DNA from: Alphaproteobacteria bacterium UBA3002
Lineage (GTDB): Bacteria > Pseudomonadota > Alphaproteobacteria > Rickettsiales > UBA3002
Length of the DNA: 64,000 nucleotides
Direction of reading: 5' to 3'
Assembly: GCA_002346425.1 (NCBI GenBank)
Contig: DDZS01000065.1
Span: forward strand, 73 to 64,072
Below, in pieces: positions 18,585 through 28,329 of the stretch (positions are counted from its first letter, which is position 1; the number at the start of each line of letters is the position of its first letter). Under the pieces are notes generated by a model. The model saw only the letters and a program-made list of their open reading frames with translations. It searched no databases and was not told where the DNA came from. Both the position numbers and the translations under genes were made by a program.

Positions 18585-19349
18585 TTAAAAGCTATGCCTG
18601 AAACGGAACGCGCATTTAATGCCCGGGTTATCCAGATCGTATTTCGCGGTCACATCCGCGAAAGTGGTCGCCTCTGTACAAAAGTCCCAATTTATCGCGA
18701 TAGCTTTGCCCTGCCCCGGTAGGCCGTCATCTAGCTTTTTGTCGATGTTCCAGGCTTCTTCCGTGGTCAGGATATTGCCTGCGGTAGAAAAACCTGCTAG
18801 ATAGGCGCCAAAAACAAGATGATTGCCATAATCTGCTTTAAAATTAGTGGTATCTCCCGGCGCATTATCCCAAGTAAAGACACTCCACCCGCCATTGGAA
18901 AGTTTGGACGGCGGCACGTTTGTTCCAATGACCGCATCGGCCAACGTGGAGCCATTTAACCCGCTATAGGTGCCTTCCACCAGCCCCGCGAGCGCCAGTT
19001 GCTTCCAGAATTGATAAGCCTCGGAGGTCATATTCGGTGTGGCAGATGTTCCTATCCTGCCATCCCCATTGCCATTACAGGTTCCGGGAGAGCCGTTGGA
19101 GGTCGCCGCATCGGCACAGGCGGCATTGTCGTCGCCCCAGAACAATGTCGCCTTGGACATGTCGCCGGGCAGCGCAAAATATTTATCGCGGAAAGTCTGC
19201 ACCGCCGTCACATAGCGCGAATATTCGGTTGTCACACTGCGCATTTCTGCGGCGCGAATCAAGCTCTGACCCGTCAAAATCCCTCCGGTTAGTAAACCGA
19301 GAATGACCAGCACAATGGACAATTCAACGAGCGAGAAACCTTTTTTCAT
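18585..19349 (-). CDS. Prepilin-type N-terminal cleavage/methylation domain protein (type IV pilin or pseudopilin-like, 254 aa)
   Basis: MKKG/FSLVELSIVLVILGLLTGG is a class III signal peptide with the G/F cleavage site and Glu+5. No other pil/gsp genes are adjacent. Confidence 0.8.
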   Translation of the reverse strand: MKKGFSLVELSIVLVILGLLTGGILTGQSLIRAAEMRSVTTEYSRYVTAVQTFRDKYFALPGDMSKATLFWGDDNAACADAATSNGSPGTCNGNGDGRIGTSATPNMTSEAYQFWKQLALAGLVEGTYSGLNGSTLADAVIGTNVPPSKLSNGGWSVFTWDNAPGDTTNFKADYGNHLVFGAYLAGFSTAGNILTTEEAWNIDKKLDDGLPGQGKAIAINWDFCTEATTFADVTAKYDLDNPGIKCAFRFRHSF

Positions 19350-19372
19350 CTCTCTAATCTAATCGAGCATTA

Positions 19373-19387
19373 TTAAGAAAAGATTAA
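19373..19387. promoter_or_regulatory. CtrA-type box TTAA-N7-TTAA
   Basis: TTAAGAAAAGATTAA (on the minus strand TTAATCTTTTCTTAAT) lies 24-38 nt upstream of the pilin ATG. It matches TTAA-N7-TTAAC except for the last base. Confidence 0.35.
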
Positions 19388-19404
19388 GAGCTGGCATGTT
19401 ATCA

Positions 19405-19677
19405 CTAATTTTTTGGTATTTTATCCTCTTCGACGACTTCATACTCGGTCTCAATGATCGTCGTATGGGGCGTCTCGTCAGAATGCGGCGCGGTGGGTGT
19501 GCGGGGCGTGATCCAGCCCTGACGGACCATGAAGCGGCGCACATAAAACACGCAAGCGCCGATAGCGGCTAAGGCGAGCACAAAAATGAGGACGTAAAAG
19601 GCGATCCAGGCGAGGAGAATGAGCACAACGATGAAGACCATCGCCTGCAGGATTTGTTTAAAGGAAAGTGTCTGCAT
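19405..19677 (-). CDS. Hypothetical 2-TM membrane protein (90 aa), last gene of the fliP operon
   Basis: Abuts or overlaps the fliP stop. Hydrophobic N-terminal half and acidic tail. Lacks the FliQ signature. Confidence 0.5.
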   Translation of the reverse strand: MQTLSFKQILQAMVFIVVLILLAWIAFYVLIFVLALAAIGACVFYVRRFMVRQGWITPRTPTAPHSDETPHTTIIETEYEVVEEDKIPKN

Positions 19678-19684
19678 GCGGCGC

Positions 19685-20407
19685 TTATACCCCAAAACTT
19701 CGCACTAAGCTACCCGCAACCATATACCATCCATCTACCAACACAAAAAAGATGAGCTTGAACGGGAGTGAAATAAGCACGGGCGGCAACATCATCATAC
19801 CCATCGCCATCAGCACGGATGCGACCAGCATATCGATAATCAAAAAGGGTACGAAAATCAGAAAGCCAATCTCGAAGGCCCGCCTGAGTTCGGAGATCAT
19901 GAAAGCGGGCACCAAGACCTGATACGGTGTGGCGAGCGGATCTTCGATCACCATGTCCGGATCCATATCCACGAATAATTCCAGATCTTTTTCGCGCACG
20001 TGACGTAGCATAAACAGCCGGAACGGATGTGCGGCCTTTTCCAACGCCACTTCCTCGGAAATTTGCTCTTCCATCAGTGGCAGCAACCCATCGTAATAAC
20101 TTTTTTCAAACACCGGCATCATGATAAAAAGCGACATAAACAGGGCGAGACCAATCAACACTTGGTTCGGCGGGGTTTGCTGCGTTCCCATCGCGGTACG
20201 CAGAAATGCGAGCACCACGATAATCCGCGTGAATGACGTCATCATCACCAATACAGAAGGCGCCAGTGACAGGACGGTGAGCAATAGCACCATCTGGATA
20301 ATGCGCGCGGTGGTCGATCCGCCTTCTCCCCCGAGATCGAGCGAGAATTCCTGCGCCAAAGCGGCAGAGGGCAACAGTATCAACAGCGCCAATAACCAGT
20401 TACGCAT
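19685..20407 (-). CDS. fliP: Flagellar export apparatus protein FliP
   Basis: 240 aa. Signal-like N-terminus, then LTVLSLAPSVLVMMTSFTRIIVVLAFLRTAMGTQQTPPNQVLIGLALF and the C-terminal GFLIFVPFLIIDMLVASVLMAMGMMMLPP signature. Confidence 0.95.
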   Translation of the reverse strand: MRNWLLALLILLPSAALAQEFSLDLGGEGGSTTARIIQMVLLLTVLSLAPSVLVMMTSFTRIIVVLAFLRTAMGTQQTPPNQVLIGLALFMSLFIMMPVFEKSYYDGLLPLMEEQISEEVALEKAAHPFRLFMLRHVREKDLELFVDMDPDMVIEDPLATPYQVLVPAFMISELRRAFEIGFLIFVPFLIIDMLVASVLMAMGMMMLPPVLISLPFKLIFFVLVDGWYMVAGSLVRSFGV

Positions 20408-20690
20408 CCTTTACCTCCCGCCCCGAAACATCATAGGATTCGATTAGCACATCCTGCGTTGGCCCGGAAAGAATTAAATGTTCGCGGTTGTCAAAGCGCA
20501 CCACGACCAGCCGCCGTTTCGGGTCAAGCATCAGGCGCTCCACTATTTTCAACCGCGGCTCACCCTTGCCGCTAGCGCTGATGAAACGTCTCTCCAACCC
20601 AAAGCGTTTGAAGGCCCAGGCAACGAGCAAAATCAGCGCTAGTACGAAAAGTAACGAAACAAGCGAGCGCAGAAGATCGGGTGATTCCAT
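20400..20690 (-). CDS. fliO: Flagellar biosynthesis protein FliO
   Basis: 96 aa. Single N-terminal TM, then L.IVERL.LDPKRRLVVVR..N.EHLIL pattern. Overlaps the fliP start by 8 nt. Confidence 0.7.
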   Translation of the reverse strand: MESPDLLRSLVSLLFVLALILLVAWAFKRFGLERRFISASGKGEPRLKIVERLMLDPKRRLVVVRFDNREHLILSGPTQDVLIESYDVSGREVKDA

Positions 20691-21025
20691 TACCCCTCCT
20701 GCGGTTCGCCGGACGGCGGCATCGGCTGCGCATAGGCCTTGGCGGCCTGACTATGCTGCGTCGTGCCTTGTAAATCGTCACGCAGGAGATTGCGTTTTTC
20801 TTCCATCTGCGCTTTCAGCTCGTCCAGCTCTATGGCAATCGCCTCCAGATTGGCCGAATGCTGGCGCGCATCGCTTACGGGGAGGTTGCCAATTACCTGA
20901 CACATTTGCTCGACCTTTGGCTGCATGGCGGCAATATCGCTGAATTCCCCACGCTCACAGCTGGCTTTAGCTTCCGCGATATAATCCTGCAATTCGCTAA
21001 TCAGTTGCGTCGCTTCTTTACTCAT
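20690..21025 (-). CDS. Hypothetical coiled-coil protein in the flagellar operon (111 aa)
   Basis: ORF abutting fliO (1-nt overlap). Helical and acidic. No family recognised. Confidence 0.5.
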   Translation of the reverse strand: MSKEATQLISELQDYIAEAKASCERGEFSDIAAMQPKVEQMCQVIGNLPVSDARQHSANLEAIAIELDELKAQMEEKRNLLRDDLQGTTQHSQAAKAYAQPMPPSGEPQEG

Positions 21026-21034
21026 AACACCTCC

Positions 21035-21367
21035 TTATAACCCGCGCTTTTGTTTCAGGGCGGCATTGGCTTGATAGACATAGCGCAGAATTTCGGCGAC
21101 CGCGGCAAACGCCTCAATTGGTATCGGCGAATCCACTTCGATTTTTTCCAGCACTTCGACCAGATCGGCATCTTCACGCACTTTGATGCCATTGGCGAAA
21201 GCAATCGCCAGAATCTGCTCGGCAATCGCGCCCTTGCCACTGGCGGTGATGCGCGGCGTCGCATCGCCTTTGGTGCGATCATATTTAATCGCGACGGCTT
21301 TGCTCTGGCCTTTCGGCGGTTCCGGTTGCGCGCCTTCCAGCAGGTTAATCTTCGGTTCGTCAGTCAT
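21035..21367 (-). CDS. FlhB C-terminal-domain-like protein (EscU/YscU/HrcU-family export switch fragment, YlqH-like)
   Basis: 110 aa. AVAIKYDR..GDATPRITASGKGAIAEQILAIA..NGI.V.ED..LVE.L......PIP.E.F.AVAEIL matches the FlhB cytoplasmic domain downstream of the NPTH site. Confidence 0.75.
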   Translation of the reverse strand: MTDEPKINLLEGAQPEPPKGQSKAVAIKYDRTKGDATPRITASGKGAIAEQILAIAFANGIKVREDADLVEVLEKIEVDSPIPIEAFAAVAEILRYVYQANAALKQKRGL

Positions 21368-21593
21368 CGCCCAGATTCAATTCAAAATCGCCCCAGTCAT
21401 CGCCAAAACCACCCAGCGCTGCGGCTTGATTTTCTGCCATAATTTTATCGTGAATTTCTTTGCGCAATACGGTTGCCTCCGGTGGGAAGGTGAAGCCAAT
21501 TTTTACGGTTTTTCCGCGCACTTCCACCACCGTCATCTCAATATGATTATTGATCACGATGGATTCCCCAAGCTTGCGCGATAGATATAACAT
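21360..21593 (-). CDS. csrA: Carbon storage regulator CsrA (RNA-binding translational regulator)
   Basis: MLYLSRKLGESIVINNHIEMTVVEVRGKTVKIGFTFPPEATVLRKEI is a near-consensus CsrA core, with an acidic C-terminal extension. Overlaps the next gene by 8 nt. Confidence 0.9.
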   Translation of the reverse strand: MLYLSRKLGESIVINNHIEMTVVEVRGKTVKIGFTFPPEATVLRKEIHDKIMAENQAAALGGFGDDWGDFELNLGDD

Positions 21594-21647
21594 GCCCGTA
21601 ACCTCCTGTTACTGTGTACCTTCTGGTTTGGCGTAATTCCTGCATTA

Positions 21648-21676
21648 TCCATAGCAGCTGTGAACAACCACGGCAA
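21648..21676 (-). promoter_or_regulatory. Candidate sigma-70-type promoter of the csrA-fliP operon (TTGCCG, 17 nt, TGC-TATGGA)
   Basis: A -35-like hexamer, 17-nt spacer and the TGC-extended -10 seen at other promoters here. The leader contains GGA motifs, including the Shine-Dalgarno AGGAGG. Confidence 0.35.
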
Positions 21677-21682
21677 ATACTA

Positions 21683-21712
21683 TTGGCAATGATGAGGAAA
21701 ATCGTGTAGTAT
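21683..21712 (+). promoter_or_regulatory. Candidate sigma-70-type promoter of flgB-flgC-fliE (TTGGCA, 18 nt, TAGTAT)
   Basis: Hexamers read by eye, back-to-back with the csrA promoter. Confidence 0.3.
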
Positions 21713-21723
21713 AACGTTAAATA

Positions 21724-21736
21724 GGCAGAAAATGCC
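21724..21736. promoter_or_regulatory. Palindrome GGCAGAAAATGCC followed by TAGCTAAGATTA; candidate FlbD-type operator
   Basis: Same GGCA-N5-TGCC + TAGCT.A.ATTA pattern as 5350 and 57610. Lies between the predicted flgB -10 and the flgB ATG (21765). Confidence 0.45.
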
Positions 21737-21764
21737 TAGCTAAGATTAACAAACAGGGATCGCT

Positions 21765-22172
21765 ATGGATTACAGCAAACTCACGCTGATGAATATGATG
21801 GGCACGAAGATGGGCTATCTGGCCGAGCGGACGGATGTGCTCTCCCAAAATATCGCGAATATCGATACGCCGGGCTATAAAGCGCGCGATCTAAAAGAGC
21901 TGGATTTTAAGCGCCTCGCCGCGCTGCAAACCAATAAATTGAAAATGCGCACTACCTCGTCGCTGCATACGGGCGGCTTGCCGAAAATGCCGAATGATTA
22001 TCGCGACGAAAAAACGCGCAAAACCTTCGAAACATCGCCAGTGGAAAACAATATTTCTCTGGAAGAGCAAATGGCAAAAATTGCCGATACGCAGATGGAA
22101 CATCAAATGGTGACCAATCTGTATCGCAAAACCACCGGCCTGTTTAAAACAGCGCTCGGAACGCAGAATTAG
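21765..22172 (+). CDS. flgB: Flagellar basal-body rod protein FlgB
   Basis: 135 aa. N-terminal rod-protein motif (L.ER..VLSQNIANIDTPGYKARDL). Confidence 0.9.
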   Translation: MDYSKLTLMNMMGTKMGYLAERTDVLSQNIANIDTPGYKARDLKELDFKRLAALQTNKLKMRTTSSLHTGGLPKMPNDYRDEKTRKTFETSPVENNISLEEQMAKIADTQMEHQMVTNLYRKTTGLFKTALGTQN

Positions 22173-22184
22173 GGAGGGTAACCA

Positions 22185-22601
22185 ATGCCGACATCTGATC
22201 TTGTCAAAAGCATGTATATCGCCGCGCATGGCATGAAAGCGCAGAGCGAACGTCTGAAAGTCGTCTCACAAAACGTCGCCAACGCCGATTCTGTGGGCAC
22301 GCGTCCGGGCGAAGCACCGTATCGCCGGAAAGTGCTGACCTTTAAAAACATCATGGACCGCGATTCGGAAGTCGATTTCGTACAAGTGAAGAAGCGCGGT
22401 TACGACATGTCTGATTTCAAACTGAAATATGACCCGTCACACCCGGCGGCAGATGAAAAAGGCTATGTGCGCTATCCGAACGTCAACCCGCTGATTGAAG
22501 CGATGGACATGCGCGAAGCCCGCCGCGGCTACGAAGCGAATCTGAACGTCGTTGAAGTGTCGAAGGCGATGATTAACCAAACCATCAATCTACTGCGCTA
22601 A
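22185..22601 (+). CDS. flgC: Flagellar basal-body rod protein FlgC
   Basis: 138 aa. ..HGMKAQSERLKVVSQNVANADS.. and C-terminal ..YEANLNVVEVSKAMINQTINLLR. Confidence 0.95.
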   Translation: MPTSDLVKSMYIAAHGMKAQSERLKVVSQNVANADSVGTRPGEAPYRRKVLTFKNIMDRDSEVDFVQVKKRGYDMSDFKLKYDPSHPAADEKGYVRYPNVNPLIEAMDMREARRGYEANLNVVEVSKAMINQTINLLR

Positions 22602-22618
22602 TTTAGGGAGCATTACCA

Positions 22619-22960
22619 ATGGCTGTTTCATTTAATCACGCATCGAATGCCTATATGAGCTCCGCCAACCGTTTGGCCGAGCGTATCGTGACCGATATGG
22701 AAAATAAAACCGCCGGCGCGATCCCCAGCGATTCGACGCCGTCGACCTCGTTCAAAGATTTAATCAGCAACTCAATGGATCAGGCGCGCGACGCCGGTTA
22801 CCAGGGTGAGATGACCAGCACGAAAGCGGTCGCGAAAGAAGCCGAGCTGCATGACCTAATCACCGCAGTCTCCAATGCCGAGCTGACACTGAACACGGTC
22901 GTCGCCGTGCGCGATAAAATGATTGCGGCCTATCAGGACGTAATCAAGATGCCAATCTAA
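22619..22960 (+). CDS. fliE: Flagellar hook-basal body complex protein FliE
   Basis: 113 aa. C-terminal ..AELTLNTVVAVRDKMIAAYQDVIKMPI is typical of FliE. Position after flgC. Confidence 0.85.
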   Translation: MAVSFNHASNAYMSSANRLAERIVTDMENKTAGAIPSDSTPSTSFKDLISNSMDQARDAGYQGEMTSTKAVAKEAELHDLITAVSNAELTLNTVVAVRDKMIAAYQDVIKMPI

Positions 22961-23346
22961 GCGCGCTGCGTTTCTGTTTGCTGCGTGGTAGCAGGCAAAC
23001 CATGCGCCACTTCCGGCAGCGCCTCTACGCTAGCCATAATCGGCAACATTTTATGCGGTTGTAGCGGTTGCTTAATAACTGCTGTTTCCTGCTCTTCCCC
23101 ACCCGCTTTACTCGGCGCTTGGCGCTGTGCAACCTGATTCGTGCTATTGAATGCCGCGCCTAACGCATCAGCGGTACTCAACGCATGCAATGCCGCGTCG
23201 TATTCGGCCTAACTGACCGCGGCATCGCGTTGTAAAAATTGGCCATAAACCGGCACACCACCCAAAAAGCGGTTCCAGATATCGGCGCTTTTATATACTT
23301 CCCGCGCTTCTGTCAGACGTGTGTGTAAGTCGCTGCGTGTGGTCAT
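22957..23346 (-). pseudogene. 130-codon reading frame interrupted by one in-frame TAG (23209..23211): 45-aa ORF (23209..23346) plus an 83-codon continuation
   Basis: ATG 23346 has a GGAAGGAGA Shine-Dalgarno and its own Pho-box promoter. The frame continues after the amber codon to 22957. Either a genuine 45-aa gene or a disrupted or read-through gene. Confidence 0.4.
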
Positions 23347-23381
23347 GGGGCTCTCCTTCCAAATAGATCAAATTTTATCTA

Positions 23382-23415
23382 TTTATAGCAGAGAAATATG
23401 ACAGTTTTGTGACAG
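23382..23415 (-). promoter_or_regulatory. Pho-box promoter P3: CTGTCACAAAACTGTCAT, 7 nt, TGC-TATAAA
   Basis: Best match in the window to the Pho-box consensus, with the same spacing to the extended -10 as P1 and P2. About 30 nt leader to ATG 23346. Confidence 0.7.
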
Positions 23416-23458
23416 TGGCGCGATTACGCCTTCAAGCCACTCTTTATAGGTAGAATTG

Positions 23459-25183
<1,725 letters not shown>

Positions 25184-25690
25184 TTATTGCGCTGCACTCG
25201 GAGCAGCCGGTACGGAATCTTCAGCAGGTGTCACTTCTTCGTCGGTCATTTCTTCTAAGGCAGACGGCTCTTCTTCCGCAGGTTCAACCGCTTCGTTGGA
25301 CGAACGGTCCGGAACGCTTAATGGATTGGTCGGTGCTTCTGGTGCGGCCTCGTCAATCGGCGCTTCGGGAACCGCTTCCCCATCTTCCTCCGTCATCCCC
25401 TCGGCGCGCATCGCCGGGCCAGACTGATCGGCTTTCTGAATACGATCCACCAGGGAAACATCATGCTGGTCGGCGGCTAACATCGATAGCCACAAACTAT
25501 TCAGCATGAATAACGCGGCGAGTACGGCGGTGGCGCGGGTCATGAAATTGGCGCTTTGGCGGCCAGACATGAAGTTCGAACCGCTACCGCTGCCCAAACC
25601 GAACCCATCGGTATCGCTACGTTGAAGCAGCACGATCGCGCATAAAGCGAGTGCGATGACGACATGGATGATCAGAAAAATATGAATCAT
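25184..25690 (-). CDS. secG: Preprotein translocase subunit SecG with a long acidic C-terminal extension
   Basis: The N-terminal about 75 aa have SecG topology (IVLLQRS...G.G...) and are followed by about 90 aa of Glu/Pro/Ala-rich tail. Overlaps the tpiA stop by 4 nt. Confidence 0.8.
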   Translation of the reverse strand: MIHIFLIIHVVIALALCAIVLLQRSDTDGFGLGSGSGSNFMSGRQSANFMTRATAVLAALFMLNSLWLSMLAADQHDVSLVDRIQKADQSGPAMRAEGMTEEDGEAVPEAPIDEAAPEAPTNPLSVPDRSSNEAVEPAEEEPSALEEMTDEEVTPAEDSVPAAPSAAQ

Positions 25691-26397
25691 GATGGTGTAC
25701 TTTCTTGCAAGGCGCGTAACATAGCGGCAAAAGACGCGCCGTCAAGGCTGGCGCTACCCACTAGCGCGCCATCAACACCTTTTAGCTTCGCAATGTCGCC
25801 CATATTCCCCGGTTTTGCCGATCCGCCATAGATCACGGGCGCGTCCACCAACCCGTGGATAAAGCCATGCGTGTCCTCAATTTCCTGCATTTCCGGGGTC
25901 AGGCCGGTACCGATGGCCCAGACCGGTTCATAGGCAATCACCACCTCGCCATTCGGCACGGTCGCGGTGATTTGTTCCACCAGCACGTCGCGCGTTTTCC
26001 CTGCTTCGTATTCGGCGCGGGTTTCGCCAATGCAAATCACCGGAGTCAGCCCCGCTTCCATCGCCGCTTCGGCTTTGGCTTTCACCGTGTCGTTATCTTC
26101 TCCATGCTGCTGGCGCCGTTCGGAATGCCCACATAATACATATGCACAGCCTGTGCGTTTCAGCATCTCGGCAGAAATATTACCGGTAAACGCGCCTTCT
26201 TTTTGCCAATGACAGTCCTGCCCGCCCAGTTGCACATGCGTTTGCGCCCGCACCATTTGCGCCGCCGCAAGCTGCGTAAACGGGGGGAAAAGCACCACTT
26301 CGACGGATTCATCGATATGTACGGTCGTTACTGCCTGCATCCATTGCGGCAGCGGCGGTGTGAACATTTTCCAGTTGGCCATGAGATAGCGTGTCAT
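25687..26397 (-). CDS. tpiA: Triosephosphate isomerase
   Basis: ANWKM, CGHSERR, AYEPVWAIGTG, YGGS motifs. Confidence 0.95.
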   Translation of the reverse strand: MTRYLMANWKMFTPPLPQWMQAVTTVHIDESVEVVLFPPFTQLAAAQMVRAQTHVQLGGQDCHWQKEGAFTGNISAEMLKRTGCAYVLCGHSERRQQHGEDNDTVKAKAEAAMEAGLTPVICIGETRAEYEAGKTRDVLVEQITATVPNGEVVIAYEPVWAIGTGLTPEMQEIEDTHGFIHGLVDAPVIYGGSAKPGNMGDIAKLKGVDGALVGSASLDGASFAAMLRALQESTPS

Positions 26398-26474
26398 ACT
26401 AGCCGGGTAGCACAGGCATCCCGAGATGGCAAATCCCGGATTGACTTATGCCCAGCCTCGGCTAGAGATCAGGC

Positions 26475-28319
26475 ATGTTACGAGGAATGCGCAAACAATC
26501 GAGTGGCCTAATCGCCAAAATCGTCATCTTATTGTTAATTCTGGCTTTAGGGCTATGGGGCATCGGCGATGTCTTTCGTCAGGCCGTAGGCGATCAAGTC
26601 GTCGCCACCTATGATGGCGGCAGCATCACTCTGCCCGAGTTAGAGCAGACATTGAATCGCCTTAGCAGCCAAATCCCCGAATTGACGCCAGAAGTCGCGC
26701 GTAGTTTGCCGGTGCGGATGGATACGTTGAATCGTTTGCTCAATACGCGCCTGATTTATCACGACTTCAGCGAAATGGGTCTGCATGTCTCTGAAGATGT
26801 GTTGGCCAAGGCCATCGCCACTGACCCGAATTTCGCCAATACCGATGGTACGTTTGATGCGGACGTGTTCAAGCAAACTCTGCGCCGCAATAATATCAGC
26901 GAGCAGATGTTCCTGGATCAATACCGTCAGGATGTGCAACTGGCTCTGGTCGATGATACGATCCGCAACGGTGTCGCCGTGCCGCAAGCGATGGTGGATC
27001 TCTATACCAAAGTGCATGCGCAAACGCGGCAGGCAAGCTTAGTCCTGCTCGATAAAAAAGCGATTGAAGGCAGCATTCCCGCGCCCACGGATGAACAATT
27101 AAACGAGTTATACGAGCAAGATAAAGACGCGTTTTACGTGCCGGAAAAACGCGAATTGCGCTATGTCAGTTTTGACGCGCAACGCTTACAAGAATTGCTG
27201 AATATCCAAGTCAGCGACGATGAATTACGCGCGCGCTACGACAGCCAGCAAGACCTTTATACCGCCAGCGAAACCCGCAATGTTGAACAGTATAATTTTG
27301 CGGATGAAGCCGCGGCGAAAGAAGGCCACGACGCGATCACGCAAGGTGAGCAGCCCAACCAGCCCGTGATTTTGGGGAAGGTAAGCTATAGCGATCTACC
27401 GGAATCAGTCGCGCATGCGATTTACGATTTGAAAGAAGGCGAAATCACCGAACCAGTGGAAAGCGAATTCGGCTGGCAGGTCTATAAAGTCACGCATGTA
27501 ACGCCGGAACATACGCGCCCGTTTGAAGAAGTGCGCGACGATGTGGAAAGCGCGGCCATGGCTGACGTGATGGAAAATCGCGTTAATGACGTCGCCGAAG
27601 CGCTTGACGATCAGATCGCGCAAGGCGCCACGCTGGAAGAGGCGCTGAAAGCGAATGACCTTGGATCGCTTGAAATTTCGACCTTATCGACCAGTGAAGG
27701 CAGCGCGCCGCAAGATGGGCTGGCAAGTGAGGTCGCGACAGCTGGATTCGACCTGAATGAAGGCGAAATCTCGCCGGTGCTGTTATCGGCGGATAATCAT
27801 TATTATCTCGTACAGGCGACCAGCGTGACCCCCGGCTATACGCGCGACATGGCAGATGTGAAGCCAGAACTGGAACGCCGCTACACGGCGCAGCAGGAAC
27901 GTGAGCGTCTGCGTGATAAAGCGCAAGAAGTCTCCGAAACCTTACGCAAGTCCGATAACGTGATTCAGGCGATGCAGGCGACCGGCTATGATGTTGTCAT
28001 TTCCGATAGCTTACGCCGCGATGCGGAAAAAATTGGCAATCTGCAGGTTACCGGCGGCTTGATGACGGAAATTTTCCGCTTGCCGCAAGGCGGGGTCAGC
28101 GAAGGCTATCCGTTACCAGATGGTGAATATGCCGTGGCGGTCGTGACATCGATCACCGATGCGCCGGATGATGCACGCGCCTCCGAAGCGGTGGGCGCGA
28201 CCTTACGCCTCGCGCAGCAAAATGCGCTGTTCGAAGCCTATCTGCGCGGCCTGCGCGAGCGGTATGACGTCGATGTCGATACCGAAGCGCTGATGGCCGA
28301 TACGCAGGATGCGCAGTAA
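26475..28319 (+). CDS. ppiD: Periplasmic chaperone/peptidyl-prolyl isomerase PpiD-like (SurA N-terminal domain protein)
   Basis: 614 aa. N-terminal TM anchor (IVILLLILALGLWGIGDVF), then the SurA-N-like region and a degenerate parvulin-like middle domain. Confidence 0.7.
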   Translation: MLRGMRKQSSGLIAKIVILLLILALGLWGIGDVFRQAVGDQVVATYDGGSITLPELEQTLNRLSSQIPELTPEVARSLPVRMDTLNRLLNTRLIYHDFSEMGLHVSEDVLAKAIATDPNFANTDGTFDADVFKQTLRRNNISEQMFLDQYRQDVQLALVDDTIRNGVAVPQAMVDLYTKVHAQTRQASLVLLDKKAIEGSIPAPTDEQLNELYEQDKDAFYVPEKRELRYVSFDAQRLQELLNIQVSDDELRARYDSQQDLYTASETRNVEQYNFADEAAAKEGHDAITQGEQPNQPVILGKVSYSDLPESVAHAIYDLKEGEITEPVESEFGWQVYKVTHVTPEHTRPFEEVRDDVESAAMADVMENRVNDVAEALDDQIAQGATLEEALKANDLGSLEISTLSTSEGSAPQDGLASEVATAGFDLNEGEISPVLLSADNHYYLVQATSVTPGYTRDMADVKPELERRYTAQQERERLRDKAQEVSETLRKSDNVIQAMQATGYDVVISDSLRRDAEKIGNLQVTGGLMTEIFRLPQGGVSEGYPLPDGEYAVAVVTSITDAPDDARASEAVGATLRLAQQNALFEAYLRGLRERYDVDVDTEALMADTQDAQ

Positions 28320-28329
28320 CGGCGCAGCC

